Shown: positions 10,621-21,197 of the stretch, one piece after another
Position numbering within the stretch: the stretch's first letter is position 1
Layout of the letters: each line of letters opens with the position of its first letter
NCBI GenBank assembly: GCA_000004985.1
Contig: GG738869.1
Length of the DNA: 64,000 bases
Strand: one strand, 5' to 3'
Source: Naegleria gruberi
Lineage: Eukaryota
Notes under the pieces: model-generated
Database searches by the model: none
What the model was told of the DNA's origin: nothing
Seen by the model: the letters and a program-made list of their open reading frames with translations, nothing else
Made by a program: the position numbers and the translations under genes

Positions 10621-11430
10621 ATGATGAACAATATGATGTTACGTTTTGGCAAGAAGTTAACTTCAACTCACTCTAATCAATTCATTTTCGGAAGTGGATT
10701 AATTTTGAATCAAAGAAATGTTAAAACTGATATCAACAAAATTTCAAGAGGAGACATTATTAAAGATGGACCAAATAAATATCTTCAAATTGAAAGATAT
10801 GTTTTTTCAAAGAGAGGACGTTGTAATGCTATTGTTACAGTTGAAACTGTTGATATGTTATATGGAAAAAAGATTAGTAAAAAGTATAGAGGAGGTGAAT
10901 CAGTGGATTTATGTGAATATACAACAAAGGATGTAGTTTATTCATCGGAAAATAATAAGGGATTTGTTTTTGAAGATATGAAGGATGGTACTGAATATGT
11001 TGCCTCAAAGACACTTCTTACTCCTGAAATGACACAAATCATGCAAGGAGGTTTTCTCAAAAAGATGGTTATCGGAATTGATGAAGAAACCAATCTTGCT
11101 GTTAAGGTCATGTTCCCAACAGCCCTTGTTTCAACTGTTGAGGAAACAGAAGATCCAATAAGTGGTGTACCAAATGATAGACATTCTCCAGTCACAAAGA
11201 ATGCACTCTTGGATAATGGTATTTCTATCAAAGTGCCTGGATTTATTGCAAATGGTGACAGAGTCAAATTCTCTACACGTGATTGGTCCTATGTTGCTAG
11301 AGCCACTGAAGAGGATGAAGATGATATTGAATTTGAAGATGAATCATCGAAATATGAAGACAATGAGTCGGTAGAGGAAATTGAAGAGGATGAGAATGCA
11401 GAAGATGAAGAAGACAATAAGAGGAGATAA
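10621..11430 (+). CDS. Bacterial-type translation elongation factor P (EF-P) homolog with an N-terminal presequence and an acidic C-terminal tail. Probably organellar (mitochondrial).
   Basis: 269-aa ORF starting at an ATG. The core aligns to EF-P in its KOW-like domain I (ISRGDIIKDGPNKYLQIERYVFSKRGRCNAIVTVETVDMLYGKKISKKYRGGESVD), in the OB domains (GFVFEDMKDGTEYVAS...) and in the C-terminal signature (ISIKVPGFIANGDRVKFSTRDWSYVARA versus bacterial VVKVPLFV..GE.IKVDTR.GEYV.R.). The ~45-aa N-terminal extension (MMNNMMLRFGKKLTSTHSN...) looks like a targeting peptide. The tail EEDEDDIEFEDE... is a eukaryotic-style add-on. Confidence 0.7.
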   Translation: MMNNMMLRFGKKLTSTHSNQFIFGSGLILNQRNVKTDINKISRGDIIKDGPNKYLQIERYVFSKRGRCNAIVTVETVDMLYGKKISKKYRGGESVDLCEYTTKDVVYSSENNKGFVFEDMKDGTEYVASKTLLTPEMTQIMQGGFLKKMVIGIDEETNLAVKVMFPTALVSTVEETEDPISGVPNDRHSPVTKNALLDNGISIKVPGFIANGDRVKFSTRDWSYVARATEEDEDDIEFEDESSKYEDNESVEEIEEDENAEDEEDNKRR

Positions 11431-11562
11431 ATTTAAATAATAAATAATTTAATTGTGATTTTTGGTGCCTAGGAATTGTACATTTAGGTGAGAAGAACAC
11501 TAGTCTCCATGACTAGTATGCCTTTCGGTTTAGTTTGGAAGTTATTTGAGTTGATTGCTAAT

Positions 11563-11940
11563 TTACTCTTTCTTTTCCTCTTCTTTCTTTTCTTCGTCCT
11601 TCTTTTCTTCCTTCTTTTCGTCCTTTTTAGTCTTCTTTGTGGTGGTGGTCTTTTTAGTCTTCTTTGGCTTTTCAATCTTCTTAGCAGCAGCTCTCTTTTC
11701 ATAAGTGTTTGCTGTGGCTCTCTTTACAGTCTTTACATCACCAGATTGAGCAACGGTCTTGTAGTCAATATTCTTTCTCTTTCTTGGAGTAGCAATAATG
11801 TTAGCAGCATCAATCTTGGATCCTTCAACAGCTGATCTCTTTGTCTTATCGACTTCAGTACTTCTTCTCTTAGTCCAGTGGTCTTCGTTGACTTCACCCT
11901 TGGCAGCGGTTTTCTTGGTATCTTTCTTAGCAGCTGGCAT
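11563..11940 (-). CDS. Small lysine-rich basic protein (125 aa) with a C-terminal K/E repeat tail. It could be a chromatin- or nucleic-acid-associated protein.
   Basis: ATG at 11940 (MPAAKKDTKKTAAKGEVNEDHWTKRRS...KKTKKTTTTKKTKKDEKKEEKKDEEKKEEEKKE). It is very basic and has no recognisable fold. The overlapping plus-strand ORFs (11488..11835, 11798..12010) are low-complexity mirror artefacts. Confidence 0.5.
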   Translation of the reverse strand: MPAAKKDTKKTAAKGEVNEDHWTKRRSTEVDKTKRSAVEGSKIDAANIIATPRKRKNIDYKTVAQSGDVKTVKRATANTYEKRAAAKKIEKPKKTKKTTTTKKTKKDEKKEEKKDEEKKEEEKKE

Positions 11941-12237
11941 TGTTTTACTAGTTTTTTTTGTTGAGTTGAAATGTGAGTGGATCCATCATAGAATTTATGT
12001 GGATTATTAAACAAAACGGCTCGATTTCAATTTGGCGGTAAAGCTTTAAAGCACAACGGTTTTTGTAAACTTTACACAAGCGTTAATTTGATTGGTCAAA
12101 ATGAAATGTGAGAGTTGAGAAAGAATATTCTTAAAGAGAATCATACTATCAATGTTCCAACTATCATTTAACTTCAACACAACATAACAGGTATGGTGTA
12201 TTTTATCTTACAATGGTACTACCAATTGCAATATATT

Positions 12238-14073
12238 TTACGAAACTTTTATTCTTCCATAAAACAGAACATATGCTGAACTATCATTTGTGTTAAAGTA
12301 GTGTACATTCTTTACAGCACTATCGTTATATTCTATCCATTGTCCTTCTGCATTCCTCACTTGGCAAATGTAGTGCCCTCCTCGTAAACTTCCAAAATGT
12401 TTAATCACTCCCATTAGTTGATATGTTATTGGTTGATTGTTGTAAATCTTATCGGCAGCTTCTGGTGCTACGTAATTATTGAATTCTAATAATTCACAAA
12501 GATTAACTTGATCCAACAACTTTTGGTCATTGGAAAATCGTTTCAATTGTATTACTAAGACTTCAGGAACTCTAAAGAAAGACAATACTTTGGAAGTGTC
12601 CTGATGTTTTTTACACGAACTACAGTAAACTTGTTCAATTCCGCCCAAACACTCTTCTTCCGTAAACTTTAACAAACACTCCTCCAATGAAACATCTCTG
12701 TCATATGAAATATAGGACTTTCTCCCTCTTTTCAAATTGATGGGAAGGCAAATATCAAGGAATGGATCAAACGTTACTGATTGCCTTCCACACACCAAAC
12801 ACTTAATTTCAGATTTGAGTTGTCCAAGAAATAAATCAGTAACAAAACTACTGCTTCTCTCAATGTAATTTCGAAACCATCTGTTAGACTGGTCAATAAT
12901 GTTCTCGTTTGCTATATCTTCAAGCTCTTCATATTTTGGTTTTTCAACAATTCTGTTTGTATCTTCACTCAATCCATCTAGTACATATCTTAAAAACTCT
13001 TGAGAGTCTTGTTGATCATTTCCTCTGAAAAGGGAAGTGTATTGATTAAGAGTTCTTTTGAAATCAATTGGATTGACAGGGGTGTAAAGATCATCTACTG
13101 AGGTTAGAGAACGAAGAAGGGCAGAAAACTGTGTAGCCAAATTACCTTCCTTCTTTGGATTAATTTTGAATTGAGATAAAAAATAATCTCTTATTGGCTG
13201 AATTGAGCACAGACATTGTAAGGTTGAGTTCATGAAACAAGTGTTTCCAATATTTTTCAGTCCTCTATTTTTTCCGTATCCAAGTAAATAACTTGTTGTT
13301 GGTCTCTCTTCCTCTTCGCTTGATCCACTATCGTATTCAATATCACTCTTTGAGAGGGAAAGAAGGGATTCTGGTGTCGTAGAATTAAGTCCTCCTGTAT
13401 CAAAATAAGTTAAATGTGACTCTATATCTGATGTCGAGGAATTGATTTTTTGTTTGGATTTGAAAAAATTACTAACAACATTCTTGATGGAGGATGCTTT
13501 TTCAAGTTTCGAAGTTGGCCTTAGAACAGGTATTTTTGGTTTTTCCTCTTGTTTAGGCTGATTTAACGGAGGGAGAATTTTTCGGATCGATCTTGGTTGG
13601 GATTTTGATCTCTCTTTACTGTATTCAAAACTCATGTCAAGACTTCTATTCATATCTTGTTTCATGGTTGAATATTTGGGAGATTTATCTTCAGTAAAGG
13701 TGTAGTAATTTCCAAAGGTATCATTATTTCTTTTTGAAACAAGAGAGCTTGTTGGTCTTCTTTTAATTCCTCCATTAGAGAGGATTGAATAAGCAGAGGG
13801 TGTTTCATGTGTCTTATTAAGAGAAGATTTTATCGTTGTTGATTGTGTTGGTGTGGCTGTTGAAAATTGTTGTTGGGATTGATTCGCAAAATTGTATCTA
13901 TGGGAAAACTTTGAATTTATACTTGTAGGGGAGGTGATATTAGTTGGGGAAAGGGGTTGATTACTTCTTGGAGATGAAATTGAAGACACTTTCAAGGCTG
14001 ATGATCTTAATGAGGTGGCGTTTGATGACTGAGAATTAAATCTATTCCTCACCGGATTACTTGCGTGAATCAT
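12238..14073 (-). CDS. Ubiquitin carboxyl-terminal hydrolase (USP/UBP family deubiquitinase) of 611 aa. The N-terminal half is Ser/Thr/Asn-rich and the USP domain is C-terminal.
   Basis: ATG at 14073. The Cys box is GLKNIGNTCFMNSTLQCL. The USP core includes QQDSQEFLRYVLDGL and a zinc-ribbon CLVCGRQS...CSSCKKH. The His box is GSLRGGHYICQVRNAEGQWIEYNDSAV, and the protein ends YVLFYGRIKVS. Confidence 0.85.
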   Translation of the reverse strand: MIHASNPVRNRFNSQSSNATSLRSSALKVSSISSPRSNQPLSPTNITSPTSINSKFSHRYNFANQSQQQFSTATPTQSTTIKSSLNKTHETPSAYSILSNGGIKRRPTSSLVSKRNNDTFGNYYTFTEDKSPKYSTMKQDMNRSLDMSFEYSKERSKSQPRSIRKILPPLNQPKQEEKPKIPVLRPTSKLEKASSIKNVVSNFFKSKQKINSSTSDIESHLTYFDTGGLNSTTPESLLSLSKSDIEYDSGSSEEEERPTTSYLLGYGKNRGLKNIGNTCFMNSTLQCLCSIQPIRDYFLSQFKINPKKEGNLATQFSALLRSLTSVDDLYTPVNPIDFKRTLNQYTSLFRGNDQQDSQEFLRYVLDGLSEDTNRIVEKPKYEELEDIANENIIDQSNRWFRNYIERSSSFVTDLFLGQLKSEIKCLVCGRQSVTFDPFLDICLPINLKRGRKSYISYDRDVSLEECLLKFTEEECLGGIEQVYCSSCKKHQDTSKVLSFFRVPEVLVIQLKRFSNDQKLLDQVNLCELLEFNNYVAPEAADKIYNNQPITYQLMGVIKHFGSLRGGHYICQVRNAEGQWIEYNDSAVKNVHYFNTNDSSAYVLFYGRIKVS

Positions 14074-14436
14074 TGATAAGTTTGTTTCTCAATATCATAA
14101 TAATAAATTACAGTGATTAGATGATATCCAGTGATAAGGAATAAAAAGAATCCGAAATAAGTTTGATGAAGGAGTTTGCTTTTTTTTGAAAAAGTGTAAG
14201 AGTTTATGGCGCAATTTATTGAGGAGATGATCATCTCTAACGCAATTCATGACAATTCATCTCCACTCAATTGAAGTCAACTCAAGGCTTATTTTGAGGA
14301 AAAAACTCATTTGTGAGGATTCCTTTGTGCTTTGTTAGCCATTAAACTTTGTTTATCATGTTTATTATCCATTTTGAATGCAATTTCAACCATTCCTCAA
14401 TCAACAGAACTATTGAAATTGCACCACAACAAAAAA

Positions 14437-15447
14437 ATGCTCCACAACCAACAAGAAGAAAATTCTTCATCAAATACCAACAACACTGTTTCATCATCGG
14501 ATGAAAATATTCAAGTGAATCGTGAGAATATTGACAATTCACCACTCTTAGGAATGGTTTATTCTCACTTTAAAATTAGCCCATTTACAAATCCAACACT
14601 CTCACACATTGCCAAGTATGATGACAAACCTAAAACACCATGCCCACACTGTACAAAGAATAGAAAGTACTTTTGTTATGATTGTTGTACACCAATGATT
14701 GAAAATCCACCAACCATCTCTAAATTACCACTCCACTGTGTCATTATCCAACACAAACAAGAAAGAAAGGGTAAATCAACAGCCATTCATGCTAAAGTAG
14801 TTGCTCATTCAAGTGCTGATTTATATGAATTCCCAGATATTCCATCATTCCTTACACCACAAAATTGTGTTCTTGTCTATCCTTCAAAGACTGCTAGATT
14901 GGTTTCTCAATTATTTAAAAAGCCTACCGATGATAACAATACAACAACAACATCTTCATCATCAACCTCATCGGAAACAGCACCAACAATTAATGTTTCA
15001 ACATTGAAATATGCTGTATTCATTGATTCTACTTGGCCACAAGCGAAACAAATCTATCGTAATGAATTTGTTAAGAGTTTGCCATGTGTCATTATTGAAG
15101 AAAAGGAAACACTCTTTTGGAGATATCAAAGAGAAGGACAAAAGTTCCTGTCGACCATTGAAGCTATCTTTTACTTTTACAGAGAATATCTTCAAGCCTT
15201 AAATGAATATGGAGATGAAGAAACAAAACAATCCACTCCAAGTGATGTACCTTTGGAAAATTTACTCTACTATTATATTCATCAATATTGTTTGATACAG
15301 AGTTACTATGCAAAGGATTTAAATAAGAAGATTACAACAAAGAAGGCCGATAATCAGAATTACATCAAGTATGATTTGATGGGAGTTGCTGATGAAAATA
15401 ATTCTTCTAATTTAGAACCTCCACTCAAGAAATTAAAGGAAGATTAA
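14437..15447 (+). CDS. DTW-domain protein (DTWD-type tRNA-uridine aminocarboxypropyltransferase family), about 336 aa.
   Basis: The ORF track begins at 14332 with a TTG. The first in-frame ATG is at 14437 (MLHNQQEEN...). It contains the N-terminal Cys cluster CPHCTKNRKYFCYDCCTPM and the DTW-domain motif FIDSTWPQAKQIYRNEFVKSLPCVII. An additional upstream exon is possible: there is a candidate acceptor ...caatcaacag at ~14400. Confidence 0.65.
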   Translation: MLHNQQEENSSSNTNNTVSSSDENIQVNRENIDNSPLLGMVYSHFKISPFTNPTLSHIAKYDDKPKTPCPHCTKNRKYFCYDCCTPMIENPPTISKLPLHCVIIQHKQERKGKSTAIHAKVVAHSSADLYEFPDIPSFLTPQNCVLVYPSKTARLVSQLFKKPTDDNNTTTTSSSSTSSETAPTINVSTLKYAVFIDSTWPQAKQIYRNEFVKSLPCVIIEEKETLFWRYQREGQKFLSTIEAIFYFYREYLQALNEYGDEETKQSTPSDVPLENLLYYYIHQYCLIQSYYAKDLNKKITTKKADNQNYIKYDLMGVADENNSSNLEPPLKKLKED

Positions 15448-15631
15448 ATTATTCAATTTTACAATTATACTCATTTGTCTTTTTGATCATCAGCATAACT
15501 CATATTTGTAATTACATAAAGCAATAGGAGATGGATGATAATTTAACTTTTCGGAGATGATGAAAAATCTTTAAAAAAATATTCAAAAGCCTTCTTCTCT
15601 CTTTGTAAATCTTCTTCATCAACAAGACATT

Positions 15632-16648
15632 ATGCAAAGCGTGGAAATTCAATTAAAAAAGGCTGATCGTACCTATTTCTCAGGTGAAAAAGTTAGAGGA
15701 GTTGTAAAAATTAATGCCAAACAAGGTGGATTTAAATCATCGGCAATTAATTTAAAGGTAGAAGGAACAGTATCATTTCAATATAGCGGAACTAGTAATG
15801 TGAATATATTTGATGTTGTGATGAATTCATTTAAACCAATTAAATTAATTGATTTACAAATACAATTGGATAAAGGAGGTACTAAATTCCCAAGTGGAAA
15901 CACTGATATTCCTTTTGAATTTGTTTTACAACCTTTAAATAAGAAAATACCACTCTATGAAACTTATGCTGGTGTCTATTTATCATGCCGTTATAAGATT
16001 TCATGTGAAGTCAAGATGGGTCTTTTCAGTAAGGATCAAAACACATCTGTTGACTTTACAGTTTATAATAGAGGACAAGGTGTTGCAATTGCTAGAAATT
16101 TATCATTATTAACATCAAATGATTCACAACAAATTGAAGCTCTTCCAGAAGAAACAAATATTGTAATTCCTAAACAAATTAAGCAATTTCTTCTCACTCC
16201 TCAAACATTACAAAATGTTATACGTCAAAATGTAACTGGTATTCCAGAATATGAAATTAGAGGATTTGTTTCTGATACTATTTGTGATATTACTGACCCA
16301 TTGGATGGAGAAATTGAAATTGTAAAATCATCTTCCAGAATTAAATCTCTCGAAGTTCAATTAGTCAGAGTTGAAAGTTGCAGTGTTGAAGGAGGAAACA
16401 TGATAAAGGAAGCAACAGAAATTCAAAATATTCAAATGGGAGAAGGAAATGTTTGTAAAGGGTTGAAGATTCCAATCTACATGATTTTCCCAAGATTATT
16501 CACATGTCCTACTTTAATTGGTGCTAATTTCAGAATTCAATTCGAAATTAACATTATTGTAATTTTTGCTGACGGATATCAAATTACAGAGAATATTCCA
16601 ATCATTCTTTATCGTAAACATGACGATAACAAGAAATACATTATTTAA
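15632..16648 (+). CDS. VPS26C / DSCR3 homolog (retriever complex arrestin-fold subunit), 338 aa.
   Basis: It aligns along its whole length with DSCR3. The N-terminus MQSVEIQLKKADRTYFSGEKVRGVV...NLKVEGTV matches DSCR3 'IKIKRANKVYHAGEVLSGVV...SLTMEGTV'. The stretch KFPSGNTDIPFEF is shared, as is the C-terminal block ATEIQNIQMGEGNVCKGLKIPIYMIFPRLFTCPTLIGANFRIQFEINIIV...ITENIPIILYR. It is a single exon. Confidence 0.8.
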   Translation: MQSVEIQLKKADRTYFSGEKVRGVVKINAKQGGFKSSAINLKVEGTVSFQYSGTSNVNIFDVVMNSFKPIKLIDLQIQLDKGGTKFPSGNTDIPFEFVLQPLNKKIPLYETYAGVYLSCRYKISCEVKMGLFSKDQNTSVDFTVYNRGQGVAIARNLSLLTSNDSQQIEALPEETNIVIPKQIKQFLLTPQTLQNVIRQNVTGIPEYEIRGFVSDTICDITDPLDGEIEIVKSSSRIKSLEVQLVRVESCSVEGGNMIKEATEIQNIQMGEGNVCKGLKIPIYMIFPRLFTCPTLIGANFRIQFEINIIVIFADGYQITENIPIILYRKHDDNKKYII

Positions 16649-16659
16649 ATAAAAAACAT

Positions 16660-18036
16660 TTAGAGACTTGACTTTTTAATGACTCCCTTTTGAATACCAA
16701 CTTCAATGAAAGCATCAATAGCTCTTTGAACTTGTTCTGTGGTATGTCCAGCAGATAATTGAACTCTGATACGAGCCATATCTCTTGGAACAACTGGGAA
16801 TGAGAAACCAATAACGTAAATTCCTCTCTTGAGCATTTCATCAGCGAATTCACTTGCCAAACGAGCATCTCTCAACATGACAGGACAGATTGGACAAGAA
16901 TCATCACCAAGAATTTCAAAACCAGCCTTCTTCATGCCTTCTCTGAAAAGCTTAGTATTATCCATAAGTCTATCTCTCAAAGTAGTATCCTTTGAAATCA
17001 TTTCAAAGACCTTCAATGAAGCACCAACAACAGCTGGAGCCAAAGAGTTAGAGAAGAGGTATGGACGAGCACGTTGTCTCAAAAGATCAATAACTTCCTT
17101 CTTACCAGTAGTGTAACCACCAGTTGCACCACCCAAAGCTTTACCCAAAGTTGAGTTAATAATATCAATCTTTCCTTCAAGTCCAAAATGTTCTGGAGTA
17201 CCACGACCAGTCTTACCAAAGCTTAACAAAATTGTGTGTGAAATTTTCAATCTCAATAAAAATACTTACAATCCAGTAGCGTGACATTCATCAATGAAAA
17301 TAATTGCCTTGTACTTTTCAGCGAGAGCAACAATTTCATGAAGTGGAGCAACATCACCATCCATACTGAAAACACCATCGGTGGCGATCAATCTAGTACG
17401 AGCATCTTGAGTTTCTTGTAAAATCTTTTCCAATTCAGCCATATCCATATGCTTATATCTGTAACGACGAGCCTTACACAAACGAATACCATCAATAATG
17501 GAAGCATGATTCAAAGCATCACTGATAACAGCATCTTCTTCAGTGAGTAAACATTCAAACAAACCACCATTGGCATCAAAACAACTTGGATATAAAATTG
17601 TGTCTTCAGTTCCGTGGAATTCAGAAATCTTTTGTTCTAATTCCTTGTGAATATCTTGAGTACCACAAATAAATCTGACAGAACTCAATCCACAACCATG
17701 AGTATCCAATGCCTTCTTAGCTGCTTTGATAAGATCTGGATGATCACTCAATCCCAAATAATTGTTAGCACAGAAATTCAAAACTTCAGTGGTACCAGTT
17801 TGAGATGTTGTAATTTTAGAGGCTTGTGGTGAAGTAATAATACGTTCCTTCTTGTATGTTCCGGCTTCTTTAATATCATTTAATTGTTTTTCAATAATTG
17901 GTTTAAGATGTTCATTATAAATAGCATTATTATTATTTGTAGTTGATGATGAAAATTGTCTCATGATGATTGATGATGTTGGGAGGTTATTCTTTCTGAT
18001 GAGTGAGTGGATAATGGAAGCGGAGACTCTTTGCAT
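16660..18036 (-). CDS. 2-amino-3-ketobutyrate CoA ligase / glycine C-acetyltransferase (PLP-dependent, alpha-oxoamine synthase family), about 442 aa with a probable mitochondrial presequence. Two exons: 17270..18036 and 16660..17221.
   Basis: ATG at 18036 ([31 protein letters not shown]...). Exon 1 ends ...[11 protein letters not shown] (GGATT|gtaagt), and the 48-nt intron 17222..17269 ends ttgttaag. Exon 2 continues [14 protein letters not shown]...[17 protein letters not shown]..., which contains the PLP-lysine region and matches KBL/GCAT. Confidence 0.85.
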
Positions 18037-18583
18037 TTTTTTTTAAAGACGTCCATTAAAATGAGCCTAAGGTTCAATTATGAGCCTAGTTTTTTTGCCC
18101 TGAGTCAGAGTTTACAATATTATAAATTATTTACTCAGTTTTCAAACAATTTGAAATAATAAATAAATATTCTTATTCATTTACATATTCCAAGCAGAAT
18201 CAAAATAAAGATTAAAATTTTAAAAAAAAGAATTAAAAATTAATGAGGGAACCACAAGTTTTTTTAAAAATATTTGATGCGCAATTGTTTGCGAGTTAAC
18301 CTACTCCAATAAGGTATGTCAATCACCCTCTCTTATGTTGCTGTCTGTTTCAGTTGTAGAGAAGCATTCAGCGTCGAAGGATAGGCATAAGAAGCCACTC
18401 TAAGACAGTTCCTTGGTACCTCTCAGAGATTGTGCCTTGTAATTCATTCAGAGTTGATACATTTTACCTTTTTCACAAATCAATTGAATTTCTCGGAAGC
18501 AAAAAAACAAATTCCGAACCTATTTTTATCTCAAATTTAAAAGCTCAAGATTCCACTTAATTCTATTTTTCAATTTGAAAAAA

Positions 18584-21034
18584 ATGATTAAAAGGCTTGT
18601 TAATAATACTCAATCAACACACAAATTGATTGGAAAGCAATGCGGACATTCATTGAGCAAATTTAATCCATCACCACTGATTGGCTTATCATTTAATTCT
18701 ATTGGTGGTATTAATAGTAGTAGTATTAATAGAAGTGGTAGCAATGTGTCAAGCTTTGGTAATAATCATTTCGGATCAATTGTGTCACAAATTAAATCCT
18801 ATCATACATCTCAATCTAATAGATTCGGAATGGGAGGAGGAAAGATGCCATGGCAAGAGACACAGTATGAAAAGGGAGAAGCCTTGAAAAAGTTTGGTAC
18901 AGATTTAACAGAAGAAGCTAGAAAGGGTAAATTGTATCCAATCATTGGTAGAGATGATGTAATTCGTAAGATATTACAAGTTCTATCAAGACAAACAAAG
19001 AGTAATCCAATCATAACAGGTGTTCAAGGTTGTGGTAAAACAGCTGTATTGGAAGGATTAGCTCAAAGAATTGTAAAAGGTGAAGTGCCTGATTCAATTA
19101 AGAATAAGAGATTAATAGCATTGGATTTGGCATCCATCATTTCTGGTAGTAAATTTAGAGGTGAATTTGAAGAACGTGTACAGGCAATTCTAAGAGATGT
19201 TAAGGAACATCAGGGAGAAATTATTCTATTCATTGATGAAATTCACATGATTGTAAGTGCTGGTAGTGCTCAAGGTTCTCTTGATATGGCAAATATGTTA
19301 AAACCATATTTAGCAAGAGGAGAACTTCATTGTATTGGTGCTACAACTTTGGATGAATATAGATTATATATTGAAAAAGATAAGGCACTTGCACGTAGAT
19401 TTGAACAAGTCACATTGAGTGAACCAACTGTTATTGATACAATTGCAATGTTGAGAGGTAGAAAGGCTAACCTGGAAGCTCACCATGGTGTTAGAATTAC
19501 AGATTCTGCCATTGTTCAAGCTGCTATTTTATCAGATCGTTATATTACTGATAGATTTTTACCTGATAAGGCAATTGATTTAATTGATGAATCATGTGCC
19601 TGTATTAAATTAGAGCAAGAATCAAAACCAGAAGCATTGGAAAAAATTGATCGTTCAATTATCATTTCACGTATTGAATTGGAATCTTTGAGAAATGAAC
19701 AAGATCCAGCAAGTATTGAAAGAAGAAAGAAAGTTGAAAAGAAAATTGAAGAAGAACAACGTGAAAGTGATAGACTCTCAAATATTTGGTATCAAGAAAG
19801 AGAAAAATTATTGAAAGCTAAAGAGTTGAAACAAAAATTAGTTAATTTGGGAAAGGAATTGGAAGAAGCTTTGAGAAAATCAGATTTCCAAACAGCTTCT
19901 GCATTGAAATACAAGACAATTCCAGATTTAAAGAAGGAAATTGAACAATCTTCAGTTGGATTCAAAATGATGAGTGATAGTGTACAAGTTGAAGATATTT
20001 CAAGAATTATTTCAAGAAAGACTGGTATTCCACTTGAAAGCTTAATGACTTCTGAAAAGGATAAATTGCTTCACATGGAAGAACACTTAGCTCAACAAGT
20101 TATTGGTCAACCAGAAGCTATCAGAGCTATTTGTAATACCATCAGAGTTTCTAGAGCTGGTCTCAGTGATCCAAAGAGACCACTTGGTTCATTCTGCTTC
20201 TTAGGTAGCTCAGGAGTGGGTAAAACATGGATTACAAAACAATTAGCTAAATTCCTATTCAATGATGAAAATGCTATGGTCAGAATTGATTGTTCCGAAT
20301 TAATGGAACCACATTCTGTCTCTAAATTAGTAGGATCACCACCTGGTTATGTTGGTTATGAAGATGCACCACAATTAACTGAATCAATTAGAAGAAAACC
20401 ATATCAGATTGTTTTATTTGATGAAATCGAGAAGGCTCACAAGGATGTTTTGAATATTTTACTTCAAATTCTTGATGAAGGTCACATTACAGATTCACAT
20501 GGTAATCATGTTAACTTTAAGAATACTATTGTTGTCATGACAAGTAATGTTGGATCTGAAATATTTACAAATTTACCTGAAGGTGTTCCATCTTATCAAG
20601 CCAAAGATGATGTTTCACAAGTTCTCAGACACTACTTTAGACCTGAATTTTTAAATCGTATTGATAATATTATTTACTTTAATAGATTGGGTAAAGAAAG
20701 TATGAGAAAGATTATTGATTTACAATTGGATGTAATTGAAAAACAATTGAGAGAAAGAAGAATGCTCCTTCAAGTAACACCAAGTGGAAGAGAATTCCTA
20801 TCACGTGTTGGTTATGATATTTATTTTGGTGCTAGACCTTTAAAGAGAGCTATTCAAGTTCACTTGTTAAATCAATTGGCAACTTTATTATTGGAAGGTC
20901 AAGTTAAGGAAAATTCTGAAATACTTGTTGATTACGTTCCTGGAAAATTGAATGAAGATGGTGAAGAAACTTTACAAATTACTGGAAAGATTTTACCTGA
21001 ACAAATTGTTGAAACTAATGTTGAAAGAGATTAA
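18584..21034 (+). CDS. ClpB/Hsp104/Hsp78-family AAA+ disaggregase with two nucleotide-binding domains. The N-terminal presequence suggests a mitochondrial Hsp78-type protein.
   Basis: The ORF track starts at 18575 with a TTG. The first ATG is at 18584 ([18 protein letters not shown]...). NBD1 Walker A is [10 protein letters not shown] and its Walker B is ILFIDEIH. It has a ClpB-type middle coiled-coil ([11 protein letters not shown]...LKKEIEQ). NBD2 Walker A is GSSGVGKT, with a sensor/arginine region [24 protein letters not shown]...R.EFLNRID.IIYFN. Confidence 0.85.
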   Translation: MIKRLVNNTQSTHKLIGKQCGHSLSKFNPSPLIGLSFNSIGGINSSSINRSGSNVSSFGNNHFGSIVSQIKSYHTSQSNRFGMGGGKMPWQETQYEKGEALKKFGTDLTEEARKGKLYPIIGRDDVIRKILQVLSRQTKSNPIITGVQGCGKTAVLEGLAQRIVKGEVPDSIKNKRLIALDLASIISGSKFRGEFEERVQAILRDVKEHQGEIILFIDEIHMIVSAGSAQGSLDMANMLKPYLARGELHCIGATTLDEYRLYIEKDKALARRFEQVTLSEPTVIDTIAMLRGRKANLEAHHGVRITDSAIVQAAILSDRYITDRFLPDKAIDLIDESCACIKLEQESKPEALEKIDRSIIISRIELESLRNEQDPASIERRKKVEKKIEEEQRESDRLSNIWYQEREKLLKAKELKQKLVNLGKELEEALRKSDFQTASALKYKTIPDLKKEIEQSSVGFKMMSDSVQVEDISRIISRKTGIPLESLMTSEKDKLLHMEEHLAQQVIGQPEAIRAICNTIRVSRAGLSDPKRPLGSFCFLGSSGVGKTWITKQLAKFLFNDENAMVRIDCSELMEPHSVSKLVGSPPGYVGYEDAPQLTESIRRKPYQIVLFDEIEKAHKDVLNILLQILDEGHITDSHGNHVNFKNTIVVMTSNVGSEIFTNLPEGVPSYQAKDDVSQVLRHYFRPEFLNRIDNIIYFNRLGKESMRKIIDLQLDVIEKQLRERRMLLQVTPSGREFLSRVGYDIYFGARPLKRAIQVHLLNQLATLLLEGQVKENSEILVDYVPGKLNEDGEETLQITGKILPEQIVETNVERD

Positions 21035-21197
21035 GAATCAACACTTATGTAAATATTATTGAATAATTCAAAGACATTCCCAGTTAACTGAATGGTATTT
21101 AGATGAGAAGAAGTGAAAGCAAATCTCACATTTCTAATGAAAGACAAATATTCCAATAAAATGTCAAACAGATGTTGCAATGTAATAATTTACTCTT

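Noticed and set aside
11488-12014. Overlapping plus-strand ORFs encoding poly-Leu/Phe peptides, and the 11733..12014 minus ORF.
   Set aside because: Complements of the K/E-repeat coding sequence of the lysine-rich gene give L/F-rich nonsense. The 11733..12014 ORF is an out-of-frame overlap of the same gene.
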